A stretch of 64,000 nucleotides of DNA from IMG/VR virus record IMGVR_UViG_3300037512_001142, positions 1 through 64,000 of that record; one strand, 5' to 3'. The stretch is from a virus (taxonomy: Duplodnaviria > Caudoviricetes). Below, one piece after another: positions 1 to 9,839 of the stretch. Every line of letters begins with the position of its first letter. Position 1 is the first letter of the stretch. The notes under the pieces were generated by a model, which searched no databases, was not told the DNA's origin, and saw only the letters and a list, made by a program, of their open reading frames with translations. Made by a program: the position numbers and the translations under genes.

Positions 1-242
1 GTGTAAAGACTGATTTTAAGGGAATTACACCTCTTGAAATTGGTGTAAAACTCGCACCAGTAATCTCGCTTGTCCAGACCGGTTCTTTCCGCGAAGCTAA
101 GCAGGTTCTTCAGTCAATGGAAACGGATCCGTTCTTAACAGAAGAACGTATGGCTAAATATATTGCCATGATGGATGCTGCAGATGCTATTGAATATGCG
201 ACTGAAGAAGATTTCTTCTATACTGCGTCTACTGAGGTATAA
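1..242 (+). CDS. 3' end of a hypothetical protein (partial), possibly tail-fibre associated
   Basis: Open frame from position 3 (VKTDFKGITPLEIGVKLAPVISLVQTGSFREAKQVL...) to TAA at 240-242; start is outside the window. Confidence 0.6.
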   Translation, partial: VKTDFKGITPLEIGVKLAPVISLVQTGSFREAKQVLQSMETDPFLTEERMAKYIAMMDAADAIEYATEEDFFYTASTEV

Positions 243-245
243 ATA
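238..245 (+). promoter_or_regulatory. T4-type late promoter TATAAATA, 4 nt before ATG 250
   Basis: TATAAATA-AAAT-ATG; overlaps the upstream stop codon. Confidence 0.75.
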
Positions 246-249
246 AAAT

Positions 250-660
250 ATGGAATTAGAAAACGCTTTACAACTTCTTAAAGAACATCACTTCGTAGCC
301 GAAAAACCAACGTTGAACGAATCTGATTTACGATTCGACAGCATGGACCAATTTATCGACTTTACGAAGGCTAAGGGTTATTACCAAAACCAAGTTAAGA
401 TTGGTACTATTAATACTGTACTTTCCGAAAAGGACCTTAAGACCGCAGGAGATGACATCGGTGGCCTTATTATTAAGCACTACTGCAAAGACTATGAGAC
501 ATCGAAAAAAGAGCTCCAGGAAGCATGGAATCTAGGCTGGACAGTAGAAGATCCTGACGGTTACATAGAAGATGACTTTAAAGGTGCAAAGAATATTGAC
601 GAATGTGTAGAAGTATTCCGCAAGGCGGCAATTATGCACGCATTCTTGAATAATTTTTAA
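250..660 (+). CDS. hypothetical protein with shared N-terminal leader (MELENALQLLKEHHFVAE)
   Basis: 136-aa ORF; leader resembles those at 670, 1146, 37197 and 63381. Confidence 0.75.
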   Translation: MELENALQLLKEHHFVAEKPTLNESDLRFDSMDQFIDFTKAKGYYQNQVKIGTINTVLSEKDLKTAGDDIGGLIIKHYCKDYETSKKELQEAWNLGWTVEDPDGYIEDDFKGAKNIDECVEVFRKAAIMHAFLNNF

Positions 661-669
661 GGAGAAAAT

Positions 670-936
670 ATGAATTTAACAGAAGCAAAAGCAATTTTAA
701 AAGAAAATGATTATGTCGTTGAGGAAAATAAACGCGAAACCTGGCGAGACTATCTCGATATATATGAAGATACTCATCCGAAGGCAACTTTCTTCGCAAT
801 TAATGATATGATTAAAGACCTTGCTACGGAATGTGACCCAGATTGGCGTGACCATTACTCAGAACCAGAATATGCTATCGATTTGAGTTTTGACGACATC
901 GTAGCACGCTGGGGCGAGCCAGAAAATCTCGACTAA
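670..936 (+). CDS. small acidic hypothetical protein with shared leader (MNLTEAKAILKENDYVVEE)
   Basis: 88-aa ORF, AAGGAG SD upstream. Confidence 0.8.
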   Translation: MNLTEAKAILKENDYVVEENKRETWRDYLDIYEDTHPKATFFAINDMIKDLATECDPDWRDHYSEPEYAIDLSFDDIVARWGEPENLD

Positions 937-956
937 TAGAAAATATTTAATAAAAT

Positions 957-983
957 AAAAACCGGATTATTTTCCGGTTTTTT
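957..983. terminator. intrinsic terminator between convergent genes
   Basis: AAAAACCGGA-TTATTT-TCCGGTTTTT hairpin. Confidence 0.7.
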
Positions 984-1146
984 CTTTTTTCCAGTATTTA
1001 TCAGCCTTCCGATTTCTGGTTGGCTCATTTTCCATTTCTTTTAGCTTTTGCTCTGCGTAATCGTCGAAATTTATAAATTCACGTCTAATAAGTTCGATGC
1101 GATAGCCATTATTTTCCAAGATCTGTGTAGCTTCTTTAAGTTGCAT
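967..1146 (-). CDS. small protein with shared leader (MQLKEATQILENNGYRIE)
   Basis: ATG at 1146 preceded by AGGTG SD (ORF track starts at GTG 1155); last gene of the nrd unit. Confidence 0.6.
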   Translation of the reverse strand: MQLKEATQILENNGYRIELIRREFINFDDYAEQKLKEMENEPTRNRKADKYWKKEKTGK

Positions 1147-1147
1147 A

Positions 1148-1708
1148 TTATTCACCTATTGGCTTACTCCAACGTTCCAAATTATAATCACGCATAGCTT
1201 TAATCCCTGCAAGCTGTGTTCGCTGTTCCTGAGTCAATAGACGTTGGTTTCTACTTCCGCGGAACTTAAGAGTCAAATCACGTTCTTCCTGGATAAACGG
1301 ACCGTCAACAAGAATATCGGTCATACCGAGAATCTTATCCGTCACTCCTTCCACATAACGCTTTCCGCCCTTAATAAGGTCCTTATCGAAAATATAGCCG
1401 GTGAACATCCAGACATTCTTAGTCGGGAACTTTTTCTTAAACTTAGTCAAGAAAGATACAAGCGTATTCTGATTACTGATTTCGAACGGTTCCCCGCCGA
1501 CAATCGTCAAACCTGAAATATAATCTTTCTTACAAGCTTCAAAAATTTCGTTTTCTGCAATCTCGTCAAATTCCTTACCGTAGTCATAATTCCACGTCTC
1601 AGGATTAAAACAACCCTTGCAATGATTCTCACAACCGGAAACAAACAACGTAACCCTGCATCCGGTACCGTCGACAATACTCATAGGATCTATCTTTGAA
1701 TAATTCAT
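1148..1708 (-). CDS. nrdG: anaerobic ribonucleotide reductase activating protein (radical SAM)
   Basis: LFVSGCENHCKGCFN (CxxxCxxC), GLTIVGGEPF, DILVDGPF, FRGSRNQR. Confidence 0.95.
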   Translation of the reverse strand: MNYSKIDPMSIVDGTGCRVTLFVSGCENHCKGCFNPETWNYDYGKEFDEIAENEIFEACKKDYISGLTIVGGEPFEISNQNTLVSFLTKFKKKFPTKNVWMFTGYIFDKDLIKGGKRYVEGVTDKILGMTDILVDGPFIQEERDLTLKFRGSRNQRLLTQEQRTQLAGIKAMRDYNLERWSKPIGE

Positions 1709-1995
1709 TTCTTTTCCTTATCGTATTTGAGTTTAAGACCTAATAGAATAAATATCAGAATCGTGGCCGAAGTATAATTGACATACTGCGGATATTGCCA
1801 CATCCCGCTGATATAATTCGTATAAAAAATATATCCGGCACTGCACAAATTCCCGATGATAGAAAGAATAATAAAGAAAATACTAATATCACCGGTCGAT
1901 TTTGTCTTATATGCCTTGATTACTTGCGGCAATGAACAGATGGCGAATGCACCAGCGCCCATAAATCCACAAATTAACATTAAAGTGTCTAACAT
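1705..1995 (-). CDS. SemiSWEET / PQ-loop family small membrane transporter
   Basis: Three hydrophobic segments; LPQVIKAYKTKSTGDIS matches the PQ-loop motif. Confidence 0.8.
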   Translation of the reverse strand: MLDTLMLICGFMGAGAFAICSLPQVIKAYKTKSTGDISIFFIILSIIGNLCSAGYIFYTNYISGMWQYPQYVNYTSATILIFILLGLKLKYDKEKK

Positions 1996-2021
1996 TGATT
2001 ACCTTTAAATTAAAAGATAGA

Positions 2022-2056
2022 AAAATCATACGGTTTTGTTTTAACCGTATGATTTT
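2022..2056 (-). terminator. hairpin downstream of nrdD
   Basis: AAAATCATACGGTT-TTGTTTT-AACCGTATGATTTT, 14-bp stem. Confidence 0.7.
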
Positions 2057-2071
2057 ATTTCTGTTATTTCA

Positions 2072-4576
2072 TTAAATATTTACTCTATCCTTCAATTCCG
2101 CTAATTTACCATCGTTCCAGGACTTGGTAATAGACTTCTTCGGACTTCCAGTCAAGTAACCAGTGATTCGGCGAACACGAATAATCTCGTCTTCATTCTT
2201 GTTTCCACAACAAGGACACTCGTTATCGATAATGCCATGGAAGTGGCACTTCATACAGGTGTCGCTGTCGAAAGTACAAGTGAAGTAACCAAGGTCACCT
2301 TCGTACATGGCGTCGATTGTAGCCTTGACCGCATCAAGATTCTTAGACAAGTCACCATTCAACTTGTAGTAGAAAATATGACCAGCGTTCGTAATCTTGT
2401 GGAACGGAGCTTCCATCTTGATTTTGTTATCAAGAGAAGTTTCCAAGGAATAATCGAGCATGTGACTGTTGGTGTAATAGCCCTTACCAAATACACGCTG
2501 CAAATCGACGTCTGCAAGCTTCTTGTTATTCTGATAAAGGTTCTTATCGATATTGGCAAAACGACCAGCAACAGCTTCAGCCGGAGTAGCGAAACAGCTC
2601 CAGTTAAGGTGTGTTTCCTTCTGGGTCTTGTCCACGAATTCACGGATAGTCTTGACAATAGAGAATGCGTAGCTATCGATGTCATGGTCGACACCATAGG
2701 TCTTTCCAGTCAAGAGCAACATGGTTTCTGCGAGACCGACATAACCGATAGATAACGAAGCCTGTTTAAGGACTTCACCAATCTTATCGGTAACGGCATG
2801 CGGCTTATCGTCAGAAGTCAAATAAAGACCCTGTTGCATGGTAAACGGGAAATTCTCGTATGTCTTGTTGGAAATCAAAGCGAAACGATCAAGCAAGCTT
2901 TCCTTGGTATCTTCGAGCATATCTGCAAGCTTCTTGAAGAAGATTTGCTTACGTGCTTCAAGATCCTTGGCTTCGATATGAGCTTCGATAGCAAGGCGAG
3001 GCAAGTTAATCGTATGGAAAGCAAAGTTTCCACGACCAGTCGTCTGTTCAACACCGTTAACGTTTCCAAGAACACGAGTACGACAACCCATGGCAGAAAC
3101 AGTCGTATTGATAATGAGCTGACGTGCCTTGATTGTATTTTCTGTATATTCTGTAATATCCCAGTAATCACCAACCTGTTCCGGATTTTCTACCTGATAA
3201 ACAATGTTGTCGAACTTCTGAGGTTCCAACTTGGCGCCTTCGAGAATCGGGAACGTGAAAGCTGTATTGCTACCACGATACTTCAAAGTAACCTTTCCGT
3301 CAACGGCAAGTTCGTCGAGCGTGAATTCCTTTTCATTATACTTCACATACGGCTTATTGAAAGAACTGTCGACCGATACGAAGTTCGGATAGAAACGACG
3401 AGCCAAGCACTTGATTGATTCAAGATACAAGTCATAGTTCGGGTCACCAGGATCCTTAGAATATCCCTTCATCAACTTGAAAATCAAAATCGGGAAAATA
3501 GCGGTCAAACCGTCACCGAGACCTTCATACTGGGACTTGATAAGGTTCTTACTTACCATACGGCCACAGTTGGAAATATCGAGACCGAAGTTCAACGAAC
3601 TAAACGGGACCTGGTTTCCAGAGCGAGACTGAAGAGAATTCAAGTTACCGATAAGACCTTCCATGGCCTGATGAGTATCGTCATCGGTAATGGAGATTGC
3701 GTTTTCTACGCAAATCTTCGGGAACTTCGCATAGAGCATTTCAACTGGCCAGTTCATGGAAACGTTGTCGACTTCGCCGATGTCAATGTCTTCATGGTCC
3801 GGATTATATTCGAGGTAACGGTTGAGTTCATTCTTAAGATTCTTCTTAAAAGAAATATCTACGAACGGTGCCAAATCATAGTCGAGGTTATCGTCTGCGA
3901 TACCACCATATTGCTGGTTGGACTGGAGCTGAAGAATAACAGCAGTCAGAGCAGCAGCAGTTTGGATAGACTTCGGAGAACGAAGATAACCCGTACCAGA
4001 ATCGAAACCGGTACGTAACAATTTTCCTACAGGGGCAAAAAGACAGTTAAATGTCAAATTGTACTGGTTGAGGTCATGAATATGCAAATGACCGTCTTTA
4101 TGTTCCTGGGCATACTTACGATTAATGTTATTCAAGAGGTTATACATCTTGTTAGTTTCAGACGCAATCTTTCCGTAAGTACCTGCTGGGGTAGCGCCGG
4201 ATTCATTGGCGTTGTCACGCAAAATGTTGGAACTCTTAATATCAGATTCAGTAATTTCCTTGATTGTTTTAATAATCTCGGATTTAGTTTCACGCGCACG
4301 AGTACGATCATCTCTAAATAAAATAAATGCCTTGGCAACTGTTCCGAATCCGTTATCCATCAATGTCTTTTCGATTACATTCTGGATTTCTTCAACTTTA
4401 GCTGACTTGGCATTATTTTCAGAAATCTTTTCGATCACGCTATCAACAAGCTGGTCCATTTGTTCTTCTGTTACTTCTGCATTCACTTCTTTGAATGCCT
4501 TTTCGATTGCTGTATAGACCTTTGAAATATTGAATACGTGTCGACGATTATCTCGCTTAATTACGTTTTTAATCAT
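2072..4576 (-). CDS. nrdD: class III anaerobic ribonucleoside-triphosphate reductase
   Basis: N-terminal ATP cone (VIKRDNRRHVFNISKV), HIHDL, MGCRTR, GRGNFAFHTINLPRLA, C-terminal CxxC pairs, RVRRITGYL glycyl-radical loop. Confidence 0.97.
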   Translation of the reverse strand: MIKNVIKRDNRRHVFNISKVYTAIEKAFKEVNAEVTEEQMDQLVDSVIEKISENNAKSAKVEEIQNVIEKTLMDNGFGTVAKAFILFRDDRTRARETKSEIIKTIKEITESDIKSSNILRDNANESGATPAGTYGKIASETNKMYNLLNNINRKYAQEHKDGHLHIHDLNQYNLTFNCLFAPVGKLLRTGFDSGTGYLRSPKSIQTAAALTAVILQLQSNQQYGGIADDNLDYDLAPFVDISFKKNLKNELNRYLEYNPDHEDIDIGEVDNVSMNWPVEMLYAKFPKICVENAISITDDDTHQAMEGLIGNLNSLQSRSGNQVPFSSLNFGLDISNCGRMVSKNLIKSQYEGLGDGLTAIFPILIFKLMKGYSKDPGDPNYDLYLESIKCLARRFYPNFVSVDSSFNKPYVKYNEKEFTLDELAVDGKVTLKYRGSNTAFTFPILEGAKLEPQKFDNIVYQVENPEQVGDYWDITEYTENTIKARQLIINTTVSAMGCRTRVLGNVNGVEQTTGRGNFAFHTINLPRLAIEAHIEAKDLEARKQIFFKKLADMLEDTKESLLDRFALISNKTYENFPFTMQQGLYLTSDDKPHAVTDKIGEVLKQASLSIGYVGLAETMLLLTGKTYGVDHDIDSYAFSIVKTIREFVDKTQKETHLNWSCFATPAEAVAGRFANIDKNLYQNNKKLADVDLQRVFGKGYYTNSHMLDYSLETSLDNKIKMEAPFHKITNAGHIFYYKLNGDLSKNLDAVKATIDAMYEGDLGYFTCTFDSDTCMKCHFHGIIDNECPCCGNKNEDEIIRVRRITGYLTGSPKKSITKSWNDGKLAELKDRVNI

Positions 4577-4652
4577 TCTTTTCCTCTTTATAAACGCTTA
4601 ATAAACACTTTATTCACATCACGCAATTTTAGGTTTTAATCTGTTGGTGTTT

Positions 4653-4676
4653 TATTTATAGCTTAACACAAATATA
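4653..4676 (-). promoter_or_regulatory. tandem putative host-sigma (TATATTTG) and late (TATAAATA) promoters for the nrd unit
   Basis: Minus strand TACTATATTTG (TATATTTG 4669-4676) followed by TATAAATA (4653-4660). Confidence 0.5.
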
Positions 4677-4712
4677 GTAAGTAAGACAAAATTTACGTTT
4701 TAGTGCTATTTT

Positions 4713-5159
4713 TTATTCTGGCTTTTTATCGTAAATCATACTATATACAGTGGCAGATTTATAGATCCTATCCAGTATGCTGGCGAATCCGTTATTTCTC
4801 GTCGGAGTCAACCCGACGTTCAGTCCAATAGTTTTGAAGAAGTCACGGTCAACCGAGAGAATCTCTTTCGGAGAGGCATCGTTGTAAATCTTCAAAGCCA
4901 AAACACCGAGACCGAGGCTAATCAATGGCTGTGAGCCTGAGACCTCGACCCCCAGTTCAAAATGCATATTGTGACCGTCGCACCTGGGTACGAGGTACAT
5001 CGTCGTCGAACAACCTTCGACAATATAATCTTCCTTCTTATACTCGCTGCTCATCGGCATGTGCGACTTGGCGAGCGAGATAAGATACTTCCACTTATCG
5101 TCCAGGTCATTGAATGACGCAAAAGTTTCTTTCATTTCTGCTAATCTGTCTTCTATCAT
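4713..5159 (-). CDS. sufE: SufE-family sulfur acceptor (Fe-S metabolism)
   Basis: DDKWKYLISLAK, VEGCST catalytic Cys motif, LTPTRNNGFASIL C-terminal motif. Confidence 0.85.
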   Translation of the reverse strand: MIEDRLAEMKETFASFNDLDDKWKYLISLAKSHMPMSSEYKKEDYIVEGCSTTMYLVPRCDGHNMHFELGVEVSGSQPLISLGLGVLALKIYNDASPKEILSVDRDFFKTIGLNVGLTPTRNNGFASILDRIYKSATVYSMIYDKKPE

Positions 5160-6643
5160 ATTTCCAACTTTGTTGTGATAACTGGGAACTCCTGTTCGAT
5201 GTAGTAATTCGAACGTTCGTCAAAATGTTGCATGCAGTAATTCTTGGCGATACGACCAGTACGCTTCTTGTAGCTGAGGTCGTCGACAATATCATAGATG
5301 ATAACTTTGTTCTTGGAGTTATGCTTACGAAGTCCACGACCGATAGACTGAAGAACCTTGATTCTCGACTTGGAATTCGAGAACAACATAATCGCATGCA
5401 ACTTAGGAATATTGACACCAGTCGACATGGTTTGATAAGTAGCAAGCAAAATAGTTCCGTCCTCGTCTTCAATTCCGGTACGAATCTCTTCACGAACCTT
5501 GGCCTTGACATCGCCAGTAATGATACTTACCTTCTTGTCAGGATAATTCTCATGCAAATAAGTTTCAACGTCCCTGAGATGGTTCCTGTGGTTGACAAGG
5601 ATAAGCATGTTGTTCATCGGCGAAGTATGGTCGATAATAAAATTCAAAACCTTATTCCTGTTCGGATATTCCTCGACCATCTTGACTTCTTCAGGATAAG
5701 TTCTTTCCTTGTTCTCGGCAATGAAAGCCTCAGGATATTTGAGGAAGATTGCCGCGATATTCAACTTAGTCAAGTAACCACGAGCAATGAGCTCACAGGA
5801 CTTCAATTCAAAAAGAACATTTCCAATAACGCTGTTAATCTGGAGCTGTTCGGAAATTTCGGTAGGCAAAGTACCAGACGTACCAATCTTGTATTCCGCG
5901 TTATGCATCAACTTCAGAAGTCGGGTAACGACAGAACACTTGGCCTGGTGACATTCGTCGACCACGCATGCGTCATATACTTCAAAAAATTCCTGGTCTT
6001 CCTTCTCAAGACTCTGCCAGGTAGAAATCAAAATCTCTTTCTTAAATGTCGGCTTCTTTCCGGAATAAAGCATTTCAACATGGTCTTCCAAATCGTCCCA
6101 GCCATAATCCTGGAAGTCAGAATACATCTGTTCGACAAGAGAAACAGACGGAACGATAAGTATAGCCCTATGTACGTCCTTATTATCCAATAGATAGCGC
6201 AGGAACGTGTAAATCATCAAAGACTTGCCAGAACCAGTGCAGGATAACAAAACGCCTCTACGGTTGGTTAATGCGGCATGAACGGCGTTAACCTGATAGT
6301 CACGAGCCTGGAATCCTGCCGTAATATAGGAATTCATCTGCTTTTCCAAATCTTCCTTATCAATTTTATCAGTCAGTCCGTCCTTGAATCCCTGTAAAGA
6401 ATACTGGATATTATGCTGGTCACACCAGATAAGAAGGTTATTCAGAAGGCCGATAGGCAAAATCTGGGACATCGGATTATAACAACGAACCTTACCATCC
6501 CAGACATGCATCTTAAAACGCGGATTAAACCTATAACCCGGCGCATAAGCTGAAAAAACGTTGTAAATTCTATGGCTTAAACCATCTTCGCATACCAAAT
6601 GTACGCACGAGGAGTTCACTTTCTCAATAATCAAATCACTCAT
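5156..6643 (-). CDS. uvsW: UvsW-like SF2 DNA helicase
   Basis: TGSGKS, VDECH, GTSGT, STGVNIPKLH, LQSIGRGLR; likely start MSDLII at 6643. Confidence 0.93.
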   Translation of the reverse strand: MSDLIIEKVNSSCVHLVCEDGLSHRIYNVFSAYAPGYRFNPRFKMHVWDGKVRCYNPMSQILPIGLLNNLLIWCDQHNIQYSLQGFKDGLTDKIDKEDLEKQMNSYITAGFQARDYQVNAVHAALTNRRGVLLSCTGSGKSLMIYTFLRYLLDNKDVHRAILIVPSVSLVEQMYSDFQDYGWDDLEDHVEMLYSGKKPTFKKEILISTWQSLEKEDQEFFEVYDACVVDECHQAKCSVVTRLLKLMHNAEYKIGTSGTLPTEISEQLQINSVIGNVLFELKSCELIARGYLTKLNIAAIFLKYPEAFIAENKERTYPEEVKMVEEYPNRNKVLNFIIDHTSPMNNMLILVNHRNHLRDVETYLHENYPDKKVSIITGDVKAKVREEIRTGIEDEDGTILLATYQTMSTGVNIPKLHAIMLFSNSKSRIKVLQSIGRGLRKHNSKNKVIIYDIVDDLSYKKRTGRIAKNYCMQHFDERSNYYIEQEFPVITTKLEI

Positions 6644-7886
6644 AATATAATTCCTCTGGTACCTCGTCAAGATGGGCCAATACGAATCGCTTGTAGTATT
6701 CCGCCCAAGGCGTCTTCATGTATTCACGAGCCAGTTTCAAATCGGTCTGATTTAACTTCTGGTTATGTGAAGCATCGACTTCCTTGACAGGTGTCATCTT
6801 GTATGCACAACGCATGGCATTGAAGTTATCATCCAAGATTCCGTCATAATATGTATAATAATCCTCAAGTGGAAATTTGTATAAACAGTGTGGAGGCCAG
6901 AGCCTTACACCCGCAACCCAACGGACTATATTTTGGGTCGGTTCCATCCATGTCCCTAAGACATAATAAGGGTCCGCGATATGTTCGGTCATCATGTGTT
7001 CGACAATATACGGATCGCAAAGGTCGTCGTCGTCCAACGTAATAATCGGAATATCCGGATATTTCTCCATCGTAGGATCCAGTTTCTTCAAAGGTCTAGT
7101 GTCCTTGTCCGTCCAAAGAACTTCGAAGTTCGGATAATCCCTTAGCATATTCTGAATACCTTCCGGCAGAATAAACTTGTCTCCGAATTCTTCTCGACTA
7201 AGAACCATTATAACCTTATAGTTAAATCGCGTGTCCTGCTTAATCAATGACGAAATCACATGCAATGTGGTAGAATCATAGATTCGACCACGGAACGTCG
7301 TGAAAGACACGATTACGTCAAAATATTCAGATGACCAGAGACGCTTATTTCGCATAATCCAGTCGATAAATACCTTTTTGTCGAGAATGTCATTAACCGT
7401 AAGAAGATATGCACCGCAGCTCTTCATAAGCCAGTTATCACAATCAAGGATATTGCTATACAAATCGTCGGTATCATTTACATAGGCCTGAACATTTTCT
7501 TCACGTATCTTCTGCATATTCAGGTATATCATCTTATGATGTTCGTCGATTACAGCTCGAGCGCTCTTGTCGATAAATTTTTCCAAATCGCACTTGACAA
7601 GACTCTTGTTATCGATAATAATCATGTCATCGGTCTTACAATATTTCATAAGTTCTTCGACTGCATGATTATAAATCTGAAGACCTGTCATACTGGAACT
7701 GTCGAAATACTTATAATGCCTGTTACGCAAGAAAGTCACGTCATCTACATGATTGATAATCGGTCTGTCCTGGCCAGCATCAAAAACCACGATTTCATAA
7801 TCGAACTTACACTGTTTCCTGATACTGGCTATCAGGTAATAAACGTGGTGCGGCAAATTATAATTGATTATCCCTAATGTAATCAT
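6636..7886 (-). CDS. two-domain GT-A (GT2-like) glycosyltransferase
   Basis: N-terminal YYLIASIRKQ..YEIVVFD; second domain VIVSFTTFRGRI..KKLDP..PIITLDDDD; probable start MITLGII at 7886. Confidence 0.7.
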   Translation of the reverse strand: MITLGIINYNLPHHVYYLIASIRKQCKFDYEIVVFDAGQDRPIINHVDDVTFLRNRHYKYFDSSSMTGLQIYNHAVEELMKYCKTDDMIIIDNKSLVKCDLEKFIDKSARAVIDEHHKMIYLNMQKIREENVQAYVNDTDDLYSNILDCDNWLMKSCGAYLLTVNDILDKKVFIDWIMRNKRLWSSEYFDVIVSFTTFRGRIYDSTTLHVISSLIKQDTRFNYKVIMVLSREEFGDKFILPEGIQNMLRDYPNFEVLWTDKDTRPLKKLDPTMEKYPDIPIITLDDDDLCDPYIVEHMMTEHIADPYYVLGTWMEPTQNIVRWVAGVRLWPPHCLYKFPLEDYYTYYDGILDDNFNAMRCAYKMTPVKEVDASHNQKLNQTDLKLAREYMKTPWAEYYKRFVLAHLDEVPEELYYE

Positions 7887-9375
7887 AATCAAAACTTTTG
7901 AATTTATAGTTAAACTTGTCAAACAGATAATTAAAGACCAACGACTTATGAGTATATGCAGCCTGGAAGAACACGCTATTATACTTGTCGAAATCCTGAG
8001 GAAGGCAGATACCGTATTTCTTGTAATCAATTAACTCATACTTGAAATCCTTTATTGTCTCGATAAACTGCAGTGTCGTCTCAAACGTAATTCCGAATTC
8101 CTTCATCATCTTGATATTGAAAATGTTAATATATCCGGAATTCTCACCATTATAAAGCGTACCTGCCCAGATGTTCTTCGCGTCGAAACTTATAGGCTTG
8201 TTGAGAATAATCTTGTCGCCGATGACATAAAGAATATCGGCTTTCGTAGTCTCTATCAGATGTTTCAATGTCTGGTCGAAACGTTCCGCACCATACAGAC
8301 GGTTCGGATTATAAGCTGGTTTCTTTTCAAATATCTGGTTCTTATTATTGTAATCGATTGTCACCGGAACAGTCTTCTTAATCTGCGGAAGCTGATTGAA
8401 GATGTGTTTTTCATAGAACTTCATATCGATGTTGTCAACGATACGAATCTTGGAAAACAGGTGGGAAGTCAAATTACAGATATTATTGACGTTCTCTATC
8501 GTGATATAGTGATTGAACGAATTAACGAACGCGATTTCCATATTGGTAGAACAAAGGTCGAAATTGAAATCGGCCAATGAATAATATGGAAATACTTTCT
8601 CCCATTTCGTCTTACTATATGCATGGTCCTTGAGATACTTAACTACGTCATTATCAAAAGACATATAGTTATACGTCTTTTCGTCGATATTCTCATAGTA
8701 ATAATTCTTGTTCACGTTATTGACTATAAAGAGAATAGAAAAATAATTCGATAACGAATTATACTTGGATATATCCGCATCCAGCCATGTAGATTTTACA
8801 AGATATGCCGGAATGTAATAGTCTTCACGTAGCGGGTTTGTCAGCATTTCGCCATGGATTTCCTGGATAGTGCCTTCAGTCTGTAAATAATTGAAAATCG
8901 ACTTATTGTAATTGTATCTCTGAATAAGCTTACTATATGAAAGGCTGTAAACCATCTTATCGCTTGTATAAGAGGGTTTCATGGTCACATAGTTGCTATA
9001 TGGATTTAGAACATAAATGTTATTATGGAGGTTTTCCTTCAATAAGGTATAAAGGTCATTCTCTTTATTAATGTCTGTATACTTGAAAAATACCAGAATA
9101 TCACTGAACAGTTTTAATACATTCTGTAAAGTCGGATCTTTATACTGCTCTTCTGTAACGGTTTTATCGGCATAAATGTATATACGGTTAAACTTGATTT
9201 CAAGATTAGTTATGACCCAACACAGGTTCTTAATTCCGTAGCTCAATTCTTGGGAATTTACAGACAAAAATCCGATATTATTTTTATCGGATTCAAGCTT
9301 CTTCAAAGTTCTGGTTTTTATATTTGTTAACTTTGGAATATTTCTATACAACTGTTCAAATTTTTCACTAAACAT
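7858..9375 (-). CDS. hypothetical protein, possibly a degenerate glycosyltransferase
   Basis: 505-aa Tyr/Asn-rich ORF overlapping the GT gene; weak GT-like C-terminus (TKADILYVIGDKIIL); AAGG SD. Confidence 0.5.
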   Translation of the reverse strand: MFSEKFEQLYRNIPKLTNIKTRTLKKLESDKNNIGFLSVNSQELSYGIKNLCWVITNLEIKFNRIYIYADKTVTEEQYKDPTLQNVLKLFSDILVFFKYTDINKENDLYTLLKENLHNNIYVLNPYSNYVTMKPSYTSDKMVYSLSYSKLIQRYNYNKSIFNYLQTEGTIQEIHGEMLTNPLREDYYIPAYLVKSTWLDADISKYNSLSNYFSILFIVNNVNKNYYYENIDEKTYNYMSFDNDVVKYLKDHAYSKTKWEKVFPYYSLADFNFDLCSTNMEIAFVNSFNHYITIENVNNICNLTSHLFSKIRIVDNIDMKFYEKHIFNQLPQIKKTVPVTIDYNNKNQIFEKKPAYNPNRLYGAERFDQTLKHLIETTKADILYVIGDKIILNKPISFDAKNIWAGTLYNGENSGYINIFNIKMMKEFGITFETTLQFIETIKDFKYELIDYKKYGICLPQDFDKYNSVFFQAAYTHKSLVFNYLFDKFNYKFKSFDYDYIRDNQL

Positions 9376-9414
9376 ATAAACCTTTCACTAGTAAATATAG
9401 TAAAAAAATATTTA

Positions 9415-9819
9415 CTATCTATATATTCTTCTACCGAAAATTCCAGCAATTACTCCATTATTCGATACGTATGGTATCTGGAACGAAACACACTGGGCAT
9501 TCGGGTCGACCGATACCTTCGTATTAGCACGGTCTATCTTTACTGGAACCCAAACCTCTATCGTATCATAGACATAAGGCATGATATTATCGATATTCGA
9601 GCTATTCTCGAACAAGAGGTTAAACAGAGGAGTTCCAAATGTTGGGTTAAACAGTCTTTCTTGTGGTTCTGTTGTCAAAACCATCTCAATAGACTGGTTT
9701 AGCGAATCCATGCCCCAGATTTCATTATCATGAAACATGGCGTCCCAATCATAATACTCGTTAGTTAACGAAAAGTTGTCATTTGACAAATAATCTGAAT
9801 TTGCGCTTAATGCTAACAT
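9415..9819 (-). CDS. gp25: baseplate wedge subunit gp25 / GPW family
   Basis: SLNQSIEMVLTTEPQERLFNPTFGTPLFNLLFE signature. Confidence 0.9.
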   Translation of the reverse strand: MLALSANSDYLSNDNFSLTNEYYDWDAMFHDNEIWGMDSLNQSIEMVLTTEPQERLFNPTFGTPLFNLLFENSSNIDNIMPYVYDTIEVWVPVKIDRANTKVSVDPNAQCVSFQIPYVSNNGVIAGIFGRRIYR

Positions 9820-9839
9820 ACCTTATTTATAAATAATGT
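9820..9839. promoter_or_regulatory. bidirectional overlapping late promoter (TATTTATAAATA palindrome)
   Basis: CAT-ACCT-TATTTATAAATA-ATGT-ATG; TATAAATA on both strands, each 4 nt from a start codon. Confidence 0.85.

Noticed and set aside
3100-3380. Intein in NrdD
   Set aside because: No N-terminal Cys/Ser block A and no HN-C/S/T terminus
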